DNA of 64,000 nucleotides from NCBI RefSeq assembly GCF_006345805.1, contig NC_043005.1, positions 44,268,001 to 44,332,000 of the forward strand, in the 5' to 3' direction. The position numbers and the translations under genes are program-made. The notes beneath the pieces were generated by a model. The model was given only the letters and a program-made list of their open reading frames with translations, had not been told where the DNA came from and made no database searches. Origin of the DNA: Octopus sinensis (lineage: Eukaryota). Of this stretch, positions 51,551-63,890 are shown piece after piece (within the stretch, counting starts at the first letter, position 1; every line of letters begins with the position of its first letter).

Positions 51551-52545
51551 CTCATCATCATTTGCCACAGGATAACTGCAGAAATTTTAGATTAACAATT
51601 AGTTTCATTTACAGTTACAGCTTAGACCTAGATAAATGACCATATAAAAAATTTTTGCACTAAGCAATATTAAAATTAGCGTAAGAAATTGATAGTGTTT
51701 TTCTCCAATTTATTTTATAAAATAAAGAAAAGTAAGTAAATAAAAAATATCTTCTTAAAATATTTCCTATAAATATAACAAAAATAGATTGTTTCAATCA
51801 ATGTGTATATTGTTTTGATAATATTTTACCATAATTCTAAGACAATATGAATCTAATGTTAAAGCTGAAATAAAAATGGACAAATTTAATATTGATCCTT
51901 CTCTTTCTTTTTTGTCAAGTCTCATGTAAAGTCTATTTGTCGTATCAATTTTTAATGACAGAATTTTCATGCAATTAATAAAGTTACTCATTTCATGTAT
52001 TACCAGACAGATAAGTCAATTGCTTTTGGCTAGGAATTTAATCTATTGTAGATAATTTTTTCCAGCAAGCTTTGCACAAAGGTATGTACATACTAAGAAA
52101 TATATTTCTGTCACAGCACCTACAAATTAACCAGGAGCATATATTTTGAGTGTGGTAGGTGTGAGTACCACACACCAACGAAAGGAAAAAATAATTCTGT
52201 TCTTCAAGTATTATGATATAAATATAATCTAGTCATAATTTGTTTTCAAATCTAATCATACACCCTGAGAAAGAAAGATTTAGTGGAGTAGAAATTACAT
52301 TATGCATAAAAATACATAACCATTTGCTTGTTTATAACCACTGTACAACACCCAAAACAACTTTAGTTAGATATAAACCCACAACTTATAAGACAATAAC
52401 TGGAACATATCAATATAATCATATCATTCCTAGCCTGAACTACATCCAACAAGGGATATAATATCAAAGTTCATTTGAATGCTTTGAATAATAAACCAAA
52501 ATACTAGTCAGTAATGTTAGTATAGAAGTGAGATCAAGCCAGAGT

Positions 52546-52850
52546 GGAGGCCCAATGGTTAGGGCAGCAGACTCGTAGTCGGAGGATCACGGTTTCAATT
52601 CCCAGACCAGGTGTTGTGTATGTGTTTATTGAGCGAAAACACCTAAAAGCTCCACGAGGCTCTGGCAGGGCAGGAGGGGGTGACTCCTGTTGTACTCTTT
52701 AACCACAACTTTCTCTCACTCACTCTTCCCGTTTCTTGAGTAATGCTGCAATGCACTGGCATCCCGTCCAGCTGGGGGGAACACATATGCCACAGAAACT
52801 AAGAAACCTGGCCCATGAGCCTGGCTAGGCTTGATAAAGGCAACGTTAAT
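52546..52850 (+). mobile_element. tRNA-derived SINE with the head of 50484 and the tail of 18170
   Basis: First about 170 bp match 50484-50660; the 3' part gagtaatgctgcaatgcactggcatcccgtccagc...gcccatgagcctggctaggctt matches the reverse complement of 18170-18300. Confidence 0.8.
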
Positions 52851-53123
52851 CGTTTTTTTAATCAAGCTAGACAAATAGATTAGAATAATGAAAACCCTGT
52901 TTAAAATTATTCATGACAGGGATAGAGACCATGTCAAAGCAGCCAATGGTGCCTAGTGCAGCTCTCCTGACTCACCAGCTCCTGTCAAAATATCCAGCCT
53001 ATGCCAGCATGGAAGACAGACTTAAATGATGATGACGACAACGACAACGATGATAATAACAACTTATATTGGTGTATTAGGCTCAAATATATGTTTATTT
53101 GTCACATCAGTTAATACACCCCC

Positions 53124-53159
<36 letters not shown>

Positions 53160-53164
53160 TACAT

Positions 53165-53300
53165 ATTTCAGTTTGGCAAAAGAGACTGATAGAATAAGTA
53201 CCAGGCTTTAAAAAAAATATGTACTGGGGTTGATTTGTTTGATAAAAATTCTTCCAGACACTGTCCCACCATGGCTACAGTATAATAGCCTAAACAAACA
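53165..53300 (+). mobile_element. SINE family A, 3' half
   Basis: ggcaaaagagactgatagaataagtaccaggcttt...ccatggctacagt. Confidence 0.65.
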
Positions 53301-54398
53301 AAAGCTAAAAGATGTGTGTGTGTGAAAGAGAGAGAGAGAGAGAGAGTGTGTGTGAGAGAGAGACAGATGTACACAGGAAAAATGAAACATGAAATCAAAG
53401 AAGGATTTGAAAATATCTAATTAATTAAGTGAAATACCAAAATGTATTTGGTCTACCATTCCAACTAACTCATCTTGTCTTCATTATTAAAATTTTACCA
53501 TTTTCACAGGTGTTTTTCTTTGTTTGATATTTTTAAAATCAAACATTTAAATAAACCCTAACCAAAATGATGATAATACCTTAAAATGTAGTTTGCCATT
53601 GTATAAATATTGAAACAAACAAAAATAATGACAAATTCATTCAAATAAATAACAATTTCTGGTTATTATTTGATAAATTTCTGACACCAGTCAAGCAGAG
53701 ACAAATATAAAAACAATAAGAAACAAGGAGTGTAAAAATATAAACAGGAAAACTACGTTAATAAATGAGTGTGAAAAAATATTAACTCTTCAGAGTATAG
53801 ACGTCTCTTTACTCTTCATAATCCTCAATACAGCATTAAACAAATAACAATTCTTTAGTCAACTTGTCATCCATCATATATATTTATAAATATATACATA
53901 AAAACACAAACACACAGATGGATAGATACATACATACATATATACATGCATACACACATATGTATACATACATGTATATGTGTGTGTATACCCACACACA
54001 CATATATTTATATGTACATGTATATCTACACACATACACACACACATGCATATGTAGGTATGTGTGTAAATGTAAATCTGAATTGCCAACGTTTATTACA
54101 ATTCATCTAAAAAAAAAAAAAACGGTTTTTAAAATTTACATCTCCACAACATTTCTATCAATTTGATCTGTGAATTTGAATGCAGTTTCATGTTAAGCAC
54201 ACATCCATAAATAAAACACTTGATGATGATCTAAGATTAAAACACTCAAGGCAGAGAGTAATATGTAGATATAGAAAACATTTCTGGCTCTAACAATGAG
54301 GTCAATTGTTAAAAACAATATCGTAATCTTATTGTCAAGAATTGAATAACTCATCTCAGACATTTAAACATTAAATCAGAATCAGAAATCAGAATTAC

Positions 54399-54544
54399 CT
54401 GTTCATATCTTCTCGACTTTCTGTCATAAAATAATAAGTTCTTGCACCATACTTCTCTGCTTTAAAGCAATAATCCTTATTGGTGTCCAAGTAGCGAGAA
54501 ATACAATAGTTAGCTAATGGAAATGCTCCCAGTGGTGTGTCTTC
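54399..54544 (-). CDS. Internal coding exon: C-terminal half of a pleckstrin-homology domain, PLEKHA4/5/6/7 (PEPP)-like
   Basis: Acceptor ttttctatttgttgcag| and donor |gtaatt; 146 nt, phase 0 to phase 2. Encodes EDTPLGAFPLANYCISRYLDTNKDYCFKAEKYGARTYYFMTESREDMN(R), matching the LG.IPL..Y.IS...KY.FKA...G.RTYYF.....EDM..W pattern I recall for PLEKHA-type PH domains. Orthologue not determined. Confidence 0.85.
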
Positions 54545-54996
54545 CTGCAACAAATAGAAAAACTGTATGAAAATATGTATAGGATTAACACAAGACAAAA
54601 TTTTGAAAAAGAAAAAAATCTTAAGACAACAGAAGAAATAAAGCCAGTGGCTAAGTAATTTCACTGTTCTTAAAACTTTATATAGTATTTGTAGACAATG
54701 AGGATAAATTAAAGTTAACAGAGTCCAACAAGGTGAGTATTCACAACATATCTAGAAAACTGGATAGACACTTTATTGGAGACTATGTCAGTATTTCACA
54801 CTTCTCCCTTCTCATCATCAACAAATGTTTTATAAATTTTCAATCAAAGCTTTTTATCCACACTGGTAAATAATATACATGTCAGACATCTAACTTTAGC
54901 AGATAGCGTTCATATTTATTGCTCATGAGTATCTAACAAAAAAAGGGACGCCTTGTCAAATTCTGGTGATAACATACCTAATACTTTAGCATTTAG

Positions 54997-55224
54997 TTAA
55001 TCCATTAGTATTTAAACCAGTCACAACTGGCCCAAATATTCTACCTGTTTTAAGTTCAAACTAGCCAGATCCAGCCTCTCATACTTATACTACAATGTCA
55101 TTCTTAAAATAAAGAATCAAATCATCAAAATATCAAAGCTACAAGATAATGGATAATAAATTCAAAACAACATGAATAACTAAACATTACATTTGACAGA
55201 ATAATCTGAATGCTAAAGGGTTAA
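54997..55224 (+). mobile_element. TTAA-flanked MITE
   Basis: ttaa-tccattagtatttaaaccag ... aatctgaatgctaaaggg-ttaa. Confidence 0.8.
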
Positions 55225-55924
55225 AAAATATGTCATTCAAAGTAAAAATAGCTTGTAGAAGTGACCACAGGAAATTGCTAGATCACTGACAGCAAAGTGG
55301 AATGAATACAGCTAAGACAAATATCAGAAGAAAGGAGAATTACATAAAAAAATTTCACTTGTTATTACACAGAAATTGCCTCGAGTTTCATACAGTTGGC
55401 TGATGAAATTTAAAATTTAAATACTGGCAAGATTCTAAAAGCAACTAAACAAGATTTTTGGAAAATAATTCAAAATTTCAAAATAATATACATATTGGCA
55501 ATTGGACAAAAAGAAACAGATATCACATTTCAAAGGAAATAATTGAATAAAATACTTTCCTTACAAAAAAAAAAAAAAAAAAAATCTTGACTTTCACAAA
55601 ATTGAAAAAGTTATTTTATAAAAATCCTTGAAGCATATAAAATTTTACTGTCAGTGCATATGCTGAAGTATAAATATTATTCCCTTAGGAGTGGCAAAAA
55701 AAAATCTAACCAAGCAAATAAGTCTGTTTACCATTTTGCAAAATTCAGATTTACAGAATAAGAAATGAAGTTCTTTTTATATTCACATATCTTGGAGCAG
55801 CCCTAACTGAATTCAGTTTTCAAATCCATTAATAGCTTTATGAGGTTGTTATAAAAAGCAAATATTTCACTCAGTTAACCCTATCATGCCTATAGAGAAA
55901 GTCTGTGTATGTTCTTTTACCGTT

Positions 55925-56330
55925 TATCTTTTACTTGTTTCTGTCATTAGACTGTGGCTGTGCTGGGGTACTGCCTTGAAGGATTTTTAGTTGAATGAAT
56001 CGATCCCAGTACTTTTTTTTTAAAGCCTGGTACTTATTTTATCGGTCCCTTTTGCTGAACTGCTAAGTTACAGGGATCTAAACACACCAACACCAGTTGT
56101 CAAGCAGTGGTGGGGACAAACACAGATACAAAGAGACACAAACACACACTACACATACATATATATATATATATGTGCAATAGGCTTCTTTCGGTTTCCA
56201 TCTATCAAATCCATTCATGAGGCTTTGGTTATCCCAAGGCTGTAATAGCCAAGGTACCACATAGCAGAAATGAACCAGGAAATATGTGGTTGGGCAGCAC
56301 AATTATTACCACACAGCCACACCTACACCT
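55925..56330 (-). mobile_element. SINE family A
   Basis: Homology to 833-1245. Confidence 0.8.
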
Positions 56331-57339
56331 TCCAATAAATTTGAAAATAATCAAGAATTTTTAAGGATAAAGTAAAATACAAATTTGCTTGAAAATATTA
56401 ACTGGTATTTGGAATATAACTAAGCAAATATTCCTTAAAATTATGATGGGAAATTTTAATTTAAATATTGCAGGTTTTGAATCAGAAAACCAAAAGTAAA
56501 TTGGCTGAGTTAAAAGAGCACCAGATGGCATGTTTCTCTACAATTGCTTCAACAGTGTGTGCTCTGAGTTCATAAGTGCCAAAGCAACTTTCCCTTTTAT
56601 TCCTATGAGATTGATTAAAAAAAAGTACCAGTCTAGGATTGTGGACCAGTAGTAGTAGTAGTAGTAGTAGTAGTCATCTGTCGATCTTGAGAGAAGAAAT
56701 TGCATCAGCTGCTGATGGTGGTGCATGGGAGTGGCAGTCATGCATACAGTGACTGCATTTGAAGAAGCTCTCTATCAGCACTACAGGGGTAGACCACAAG
56801 GTGGCAGACTATGGAACTGTAAAAACACTGGACAAGATACCATGCAGAATTTGTTTCAGTTTTTTTTTTTCTGTATCTGAGTTCAAATTCTGTCATGGTT
56901 TACTTGGGTGGCAGACTTAATTTATTTCTCATTTTTACAACAGACATCTGGAATCATAGGTTCCATTAGCAGAGTCTCCTCTGTTGCAAGCATTTAGGCC
57001 AAGATCACCAGTTTCAGGATAAATCCTCCCTCCATCCCAATCTCAGAGGCCCAGCATGAAATGATAAAAATATTTTCTAGATAAACAAGAATGTTTTTCG
57101 TGATTAATTATAATGACCAGTACATAATTATGTACTGGCCATTTGAGTGTTTTATTGTCATGATTGTTTACAACATATGAAATTCTGACAAGACAAAACA
57201 ATACATAGAAAAGAAGGGAAAATTAAGACAAATGGATTGATGGCATTTATTAGGGTTTTATTTATCAGTCAATTGAGATACAAGTATATATAAGAAATTA
57301 AAATGACAAAGGAAAAGAAATTACATTATGAACTTCATT

Positions 57340-57420
57340 AACTTGCAGCTGTTTCTGCTATTAGATGCAATGCACTCATAGTTGAATGCTTGTGTATCAC
57401 CCTATAGCTTCATCAGAGCT
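57340..57420 (-). ncRNA. Decayed type-I hammerhead ribozyme motif with an extended stem II (Penelope-type)
   Basis: Minus strand: AGCT-CTGATGA-A-GCTAT...ATAGC-A-GAAAC-AGCT-GCA-AGTT. Intact CUGAUGA and GAAA, palindromic AGCT loop, stem I AGCT/AGTT; the cleavage triplet is GCA instead of GUA. Confidence 0.6.
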
Positions 57421-57534
57421 TCAAACATGAAGTGCAGTTTTATTTGGAAAGGCATTCTGAAGTATATGCATATTGAATTCTAACACCAGGTTATTAGTAT
57501 CGCTATGACTAAATGAAAAAATAAAATACAATAC

Positions 57535-57890
57535 AAAATGGCTGTGTGGTAAGAAGCTCACTTCCCAACCACATGGTTCTGGGTTCAGTCCCACTGCATA
57601 GCACCCTGGGCAAATGTCTTGTACTAGACTCTTGGACTGAGCAAAGCCTTGTCAGTGGATTTGGTAGATGGACACTGAAAGAAGCCCATTGAAAATATAT
57701 ACATATATATATATATGTATATATTTGTGTGTCAGTGTTTGTCACCTGACAACTGATGTTGATGTGTTTATGTCCTCCATAACTTAGAGGTTCAGCAAAA
57801 GAAACCAATAGAATATATACTAAGCTTACAAAGAATAGGTCCTGGGGTCAATTTGTTTGACTGCATGGTTTGCAGTCAAATAACTGAAAC
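57535..57890 (+). mobile_element. SINE family A
   Basis: ggctgtgtggtaagaagctcacttcccaaccacatggttctgggttcagtccc. Confidence 0.85.
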
Positions 57891-57981
57891 AAATCTATAT
57901 ATATTCTTTTATTCTTTTCTATGTTTCATCCTTGAGGCTGCAGCCATGCTGGGACACCGCCATATGTTAAAATATTAATAT

Positions 57982-58028
<47 letters not shown>

Positions 58029-58248
58029 TCATATTTATATTTGCAATGACATACATAATCCTAGTCTTTGCAGTATTATGAAATAAGTTTATATTCCTTA
58101 TTTCTAAGTTTTATAGGGTTTTTTTTACAGCTAGGTTATCCAGAAAAGAGAGTTGAGTTGCAGAGTAACAGCAATATAGGGAAAAGAGAGAGGCTAGTGA
58201 GGAAATGGAAGAGAACACAACTCATGAGTTGTAGTAGAAGGAAGAGCA

Positions 58249-58469
58249 TTAATTCTTTAGTATTCAGATTGCTCTGTTATATCTAATGCTTGTTTTTACA
58301 TTGTTTTCAATTAATCATGTATTACCTCATAGCTTTCAGTTTTAAATGATGTGATTGTTATTATTAGAGTGACATTATAGGATAGGTGTGAGAGACTAGA
58401 TCTAGTCACTTTGAACATAAAACAGGATATTTGGGCCATATATGGCCAGTTTAAATGCTAAATGGTTAA
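58249..58469 (-). mobile_element. TTAA-flanked MITE
   Basis: ttaa-ttctttagtattcagatt ... tttaaatgctaaatgg-ttaa. Confidence 0.75.
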
Positions 58470-58750
58470 ATAATCCACTAAAATGTACCAAGTACTAGGT
58501 GGGGGTGTTAAATTGGGTACCAAATTAGATATGTCACTCAAGAAAAAGTATTTAGTGTCTTTAACTAACTTTCATATGATTCCAATAATTTAACTCATAA
58601 GAATCCGCTGGACATGAAGCTATAGAAATAGATACTTGTATAAGATGCCACACTGTAGGCTTAAACAAGAATCCACATGATTGGGAGGCAAGCTTCCAAC
58701 CCGTGCAGCCATATCAGTACCCAAACTTGCTAGGTTACTAGCACATAATA

Positions 58751-58980
58751 TTAAATCCTTTAGCATATAAACCGGCCATATCCAACCAAAATATTCTACC
58801 TATTTTATATTCTAAACTAGTCAGATCTAGCTTCTCACATTTACCCTACAATATTATTCTTAAAATAAATAATCACATCATTGAAATCTCAAAGCAACAA
58901 GGTAATGCATTATTAATTCATATGAATGCGAATAAATAAGCATTACATTTGACATAGAAATCTGAATGCTAAAAGGTTAA
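58751..58980 (+). mobile_element. TTAA-flanked MITE
   Basis: ttaa-atcctttagcatataaaccggcc ... atctgaatgctaaaagg-ttaa. Confidence 0.8.
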
Positions 58981-60149
58981 TTATTCTAGCCACCAAATTT
59001 CTTCATATGCAGTTAATATTTAATATGTTTAATCTGTAGCTGCCTATTTTATATTGTTTATATTAACTTGAATTCTCAAATCCACTCTAAATAAATACTG
59101 GATTATACGGACTTACTAATTTTTTGAAGTTATTCTACATTTACTATATAATACAAAGAAATTATTCAAGAAGCATTGATGTTACAAAATAAAGGGGAAA
59201 ATAGTTTTTAGAATATCAATTTCAGAAATATTAGTTACCTACATCATTTGTATGTGAAATGTTTCATTTATTGTGTGACCAGTATTTATTATTCAGAAGC
59301 ATATTGTCTTTAAAATTAAAATATGAAATTGTATTTTGCATTTTTTGTTATTACTGTGGTTAGTTTAATGGATATTTATTGGTGCTGGCTGGAACTAAGC
59401 GGAGATTACTTTCTTTGAATCAATCTTCATACTGAACTAGTAGAAATTAAGCTGCAGACAAACTTTACTTTAATAGATGTATGGTCATGAGGTAAGCAAT
59501 TACATGTTCAGAGTCACAGATCTAACATTCTGGATATGCTGTGTTCCATAGTTTCAGGATCATACTCTTCACACTGCTATATTTTGGACTGATATCAGTT
59601 TCTAATGATAGCTGCAACAAAAATGGGGAGGGTACAGAATTGCTTGATAACTCCTTAACAAAACTGGAATTGGTGCACCCATTGATACTACATATTTTTT
59701 GATATGTGTATTTCATGTTTGTTTAGACTGGATAGGAAGAAGACTGCTTTTCAAATAGTAGTATCATTCTTTTGTGTTATCGATGTACCTGGGTCTATTA
59801 GTACATATTAAGAGTGTGTCATTTACAGCAAACAATGGTTTAAGTACTAGTTGTGGTTTTAAAATGTTTGGGATCTCTAAGCTGATAATTTGTTGTTTGC
59901 CAGGCATGTAGAAAAAAATTGGGGGATGCTAATAGATGTTTTAATGCAAAGAAACAACAAATGATGTTCTATAAAGGAACAGATTTTAAAATTATCTAAA
60001 TTGCGTATTGTTTTAATAAACAGGAAAGCATTTTGAAGATATGATAAATTCATTTGATAATCAAATCTTATTGTAGTTTTCTATGCAATTTTGTTAATGG
60101 CATTTGTAATTAAAAAGCTTCTCTATTATTATAACTCTAGAATCATTTG

Positions 60150-61770
60150 ATATCAACAATGCATCAGCAACTGTTTTCGTGCAAAAGAAAGATGGTAAAA
60201 TAAGATTGCCTGCAAATTATCAAGTACATACAAATGATAAGATTGAAACTTTTTCTCATCCAACTCCTCATTTTCAAAAACTACCCACTGGTGTACAAGG
60301 AGTAAAGTTTTGTATCTTCAATTGTCTTAACAAGTATATATTGGTGGAATGGTTTTCATGAGGGCTTTAATGGTCAGTGTATAATAAATGTAAGTTTTTA
60401 CCTAGATGATTGACAAATGGGTTTTAAAAACAGCAGCTCCATTTCCCAGTATCATGCAGTCTATAGTCAATGGAATTAATGGCATAATTATCTATCACTA
60501 TAATATATTCCTCTTTGTAGCCATTCAGAATAAATTCAAGAACTGAGAAAATACAGTAATTGCTAGTTTGAAAGGATTCAGTATATCAGTTAATCCAGAT
60601 TTCAAAGAATGATATCAAATCATTATACCATCCGATAGACAAGATCCAGGAGTTGATAAACTATTACTTTTGGTTAAAACTTATAGATTTAGTTATCCCT
60701 TTCCATGCGACAAAAAGAAATGTCTCTTTTTGGAGAATACATCAAAAACTTCTTACGCAATGTACTGTTTTGTCATCATTTCTTAGTCATTATGAAACAA
60801 CTCTTGCTGTTGATGCTTCTGGGTTTGCAAGAACAAAAATGATGTCCCACAAAGGAAAGCTTGTAGTATATATTAGGCATACAGCTGTTAGTATTCAGAA
60901 AAATTGGATCAATATTGAATGTAAAGCCTACACAAATGTAAGATGCTTTGAACATTGAGGTATGTTTTATTCCAGAAACATCTCACACTATAAACTGAAC
61001 GTCAATCATTGCATAATTTCAATGGAACTTGATCGTTTCTCATGAACTTTTCTGTCAATAACTAGGTGAACCCTCATCTTATTATATGGATTCAAAATTA
61101 TTCACAAGCATGGTAAAACAATTAGTCATGTTAATGTTTTTCGAAGACTATAGAAGGCTCAGATGAGTTTAATAGGGTTTTTCACAAATACATTACATTC
61201 TGGCATAAGTAATGCAGAATTAATTTTTTATTGAGTCTCAGACTGTTGAAGACATCAAAAATCATTTTAAAACATACACTCTATGTTAACTTAAGAAATA
61301 ATTATATTGCTGAAAAGATTAGTCTTGACTAAATCTTTTATAACAATTTGCCAGACGCTCTTGTAAGCTGATTGTAGAGAATGATCTTAAAATAATTATT
61401 CCTGAATCTTATTTAGATGAAAATTCTTTCCACAATTTATGATATACACAGGGGTGTAAAACAAACACTGAAGCATTTATCAGATCATGTAATGCGTACT
61501 AAAATCAAATTCAAAGGCTAACCTTGTACTGTTAAGTGGCCTGGATCACATCGTTGGAAAATATTACATATGTGTTGGGGTAGACACATGCAAAATACTC
61601 AAAACGTTTTGATCATAGCCAATTTTGTTATTACTTAGATTGAAGCCTTTTATGTTCCAGTAGGAGCTTAGAAAGTGTAAGGAAACAATCATTTTCCATC
61701 CTCTGTAGATTTGGCATTTCAATGACAGTAGTATCAGACAATGGATCAGATTCATTCACTGAAAGGACTG
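60150..61770 (+). mobile_element. Decayed Ty3/Gypsy pol (RT - RNase H - integrase order)
   Basis: VQKKDGKIRLPANYQVHTNDKI (RT, KKDG.+RL..DY+), ELINYY, ETTLAVDASGF (RNase H DAS), IHKHGKTISHVNVFRRL (H+PGK....AD.LSRL) and TVVSDNGS (integrase SDNG), in Gypsy domain order with stops and frameshifts. Confidence 0.75.
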
Positions 61771-62579
61771 GTTAGATTAATTTAGTTGAAAGAAAATTGA
61801 AATTTCTACATATAGTCCAAAGCTTAATAATGTAAAAGAAAGAGATGTACTTACGATTGAATCTATATTAAAAGCTTAAAGTCCACCTACAGAAAAGTTT
61901 GAGAATGTTTGCTACAGCATCTTTTCAACACTCACAGTACATCTGACACATGAAAGTTATCTCTAGAGGAGGAATTATTTAACAGCAGTCTAGAGAAGCA
62001 GTAAATCTTTTATGTAAGGTTGCACAACTGGTTCATTACAATATGTATTTCCTATGCAAAACACATTCTTCAGGTATTTTCCCTCAGCTGTTGTCAGCAC
62101 CATCATCATTATCATCAACATACTGTACACTTCTAGTTTTCCATACTAGCATAAATGGACACAGATTTCAAAGAATGATATCAAAACATTATACTGTCTA
62201 ACAAACAAGATCCAGGAGTTGATAAACTATTATTATTGGCTTATACTAAAACTTTCAGATAAAGGGTGTTATATATACATGCAACAAAAAGTAATGTATT
62301 TACTTGTGGAATGCATAAAAAACAACCCTTTAAGACAACAAGAGAAATCCTTATACAATATTTGTTTTTTATATGTTCTTTCTGTTGCCAATCATTATTT
62401 ATTTTTCAAACAAAACATTTTATTTCATTGCTTTTCATAGGATAAAACCAAGCCATAAAATATATTGTTTACTTCTCATGAAAACAACATCACCATTTTT
62501 GCTCACATGGAGGCAACATGAAAACACATAATAAGACCCATACATTTATGAAAATGGATTCAGCTGTTCAACCAACATG

Positions 62580-62790
62580 TGTCTTTGTCTTTCTGTTTGT
62601 CCTCCCCCACCACCACCACCACAACTTGACAACCATTGTTGGTGCTTTTTATGTCCATGAAACTTAGTGGTTCAACGAAAGAGACTAAAAGAGTAAGTAC
62701 AAGGCTTGAAAACATACAAAATGTACTGGAGTTGATTCCTCAAGTCAGTGGCCCAGTATAGCCACAGTTTAATGACTAAAACAAGTAAAA
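62580..62790 (+). mobile_element. SINE family A, 3' half
   Basis: cttgacaaccattgttggtgc..aacttagtggttcaacgaaagagac..aatgactaaaacaagtaaaa. Confidence 0.7.
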
Positions 62791-62809
62791 AATAAAAGAT
62801 GTCGCCGTC

Positions 62810-63890
62810 GTCGTCGTCATTGTTTAACGTACGCTTTCCATGCTGGCATGGGTTGCACAGTTTGACTGAGGACTGGTAAGCCAGATGCTGCACTCAATCT
62901 GATCTGGCAAAGTTTCTACAGCTGGATGCCCTTCCTAACGCCAGCCATTCCAAGAGTGTAGTGGGTGCTTTTACATGCCACCAGCATAAGGGCCAGTCAG
63001 GTGGTTCTGGCAACGACCACGCTCAAAAGGAGCCAGTCCGGTGGCACTGGCAACAACCTCTAGTTCTGAAAGTGACTCAGCAATTAGAGCAAGGTCATCA
63101 GCATATAGGCATCCTGTCTTGAATTCCTCTGTTATTGCCTGGAGGACTATGATGAATAAGAGGGGGATGAGGACTGATCCGTGGTGGATCCCTACCTCTT
63201 CTTCACTGTACTCGTTGCCAACCCTCACCTTACTGACAGCATCCCTGCACATGGCTTGCACAGCTCTCACTAACCATTCATCTATCCATAGTTTCCTCAT
63301 TGATCACCAGATAAGGGATCGAAGGACCCTGTCAAAGGTTTTCTCCATGTCAACAAAAGCCAGGTACAGAGGTTTATCCTTGGCTAGGTATTTCTCTTGC
63401 AGCTATCTTACCAGAAATATAGCATCAGTGGTGCTTTTCCTTGGCACAAACCCAAACTGCATCTCAACTAGAATGACTCTCTCCTTAATTAGTTGGGTTG
63501 TGACCCTCTACGTGACCTTCATTACCTGATCCAACAACTTGATATCTCTGTAATTATTTGTATCTAAAGCATCACCTTTACCTTTGTAGCAGTTGACTAT
63601 GGTGCTGCTACACCAGTCATTGGGCATGACTCCTTCATGTATCACCTGGTTAACTATACGGGTGACTAGGTTATAGCCGACACTACCAGATATTTTGAGT
63701 ATCTCTGCAGTGATTCCTGATGGGCTGGGACCTTTCCCTGTTTTCATACCCTTAATTGCTTTATCTACCAAGGTACAGTCAATTCAGATAGCTGATCTCT
63801 CTGTTGGGTCAGCATTCAACAGACTCTCTTTCTCCCATTCATTCTCTTTCCTTCCATTCGATTGTAAATACGCTGCTTCTAAAGATAATT
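62810..63890 (-). mobile_element. RTE-clade LINE, internally deleted, with its 3' end
   Basis: ORFs 63508-63771 (MKTGKGPSPSGITAEILK...WCSSTIVNCYKGKGDALDTNNYRDIKLL) and 62971-63300 (GIHHGSVLIPLLFIIVLQAITEEFKTGCLYADDLALIAES). After YADD the RT joins directly to the family-B 3' sequence ending in (GAC/GAT)n at about 62810. Confidence 0.92.

Noticed and set aside
57117-57138. Perfect 22-bp palindrome ccagtacataattatgtactgg
   Set aside because: Isolated, with no second copy or associated feature seen; noted only.
63041-63529. 162-aa plus-strand ORF
   Set aside because: Antisense shadow of the RTE reverse-transcriptase frame.
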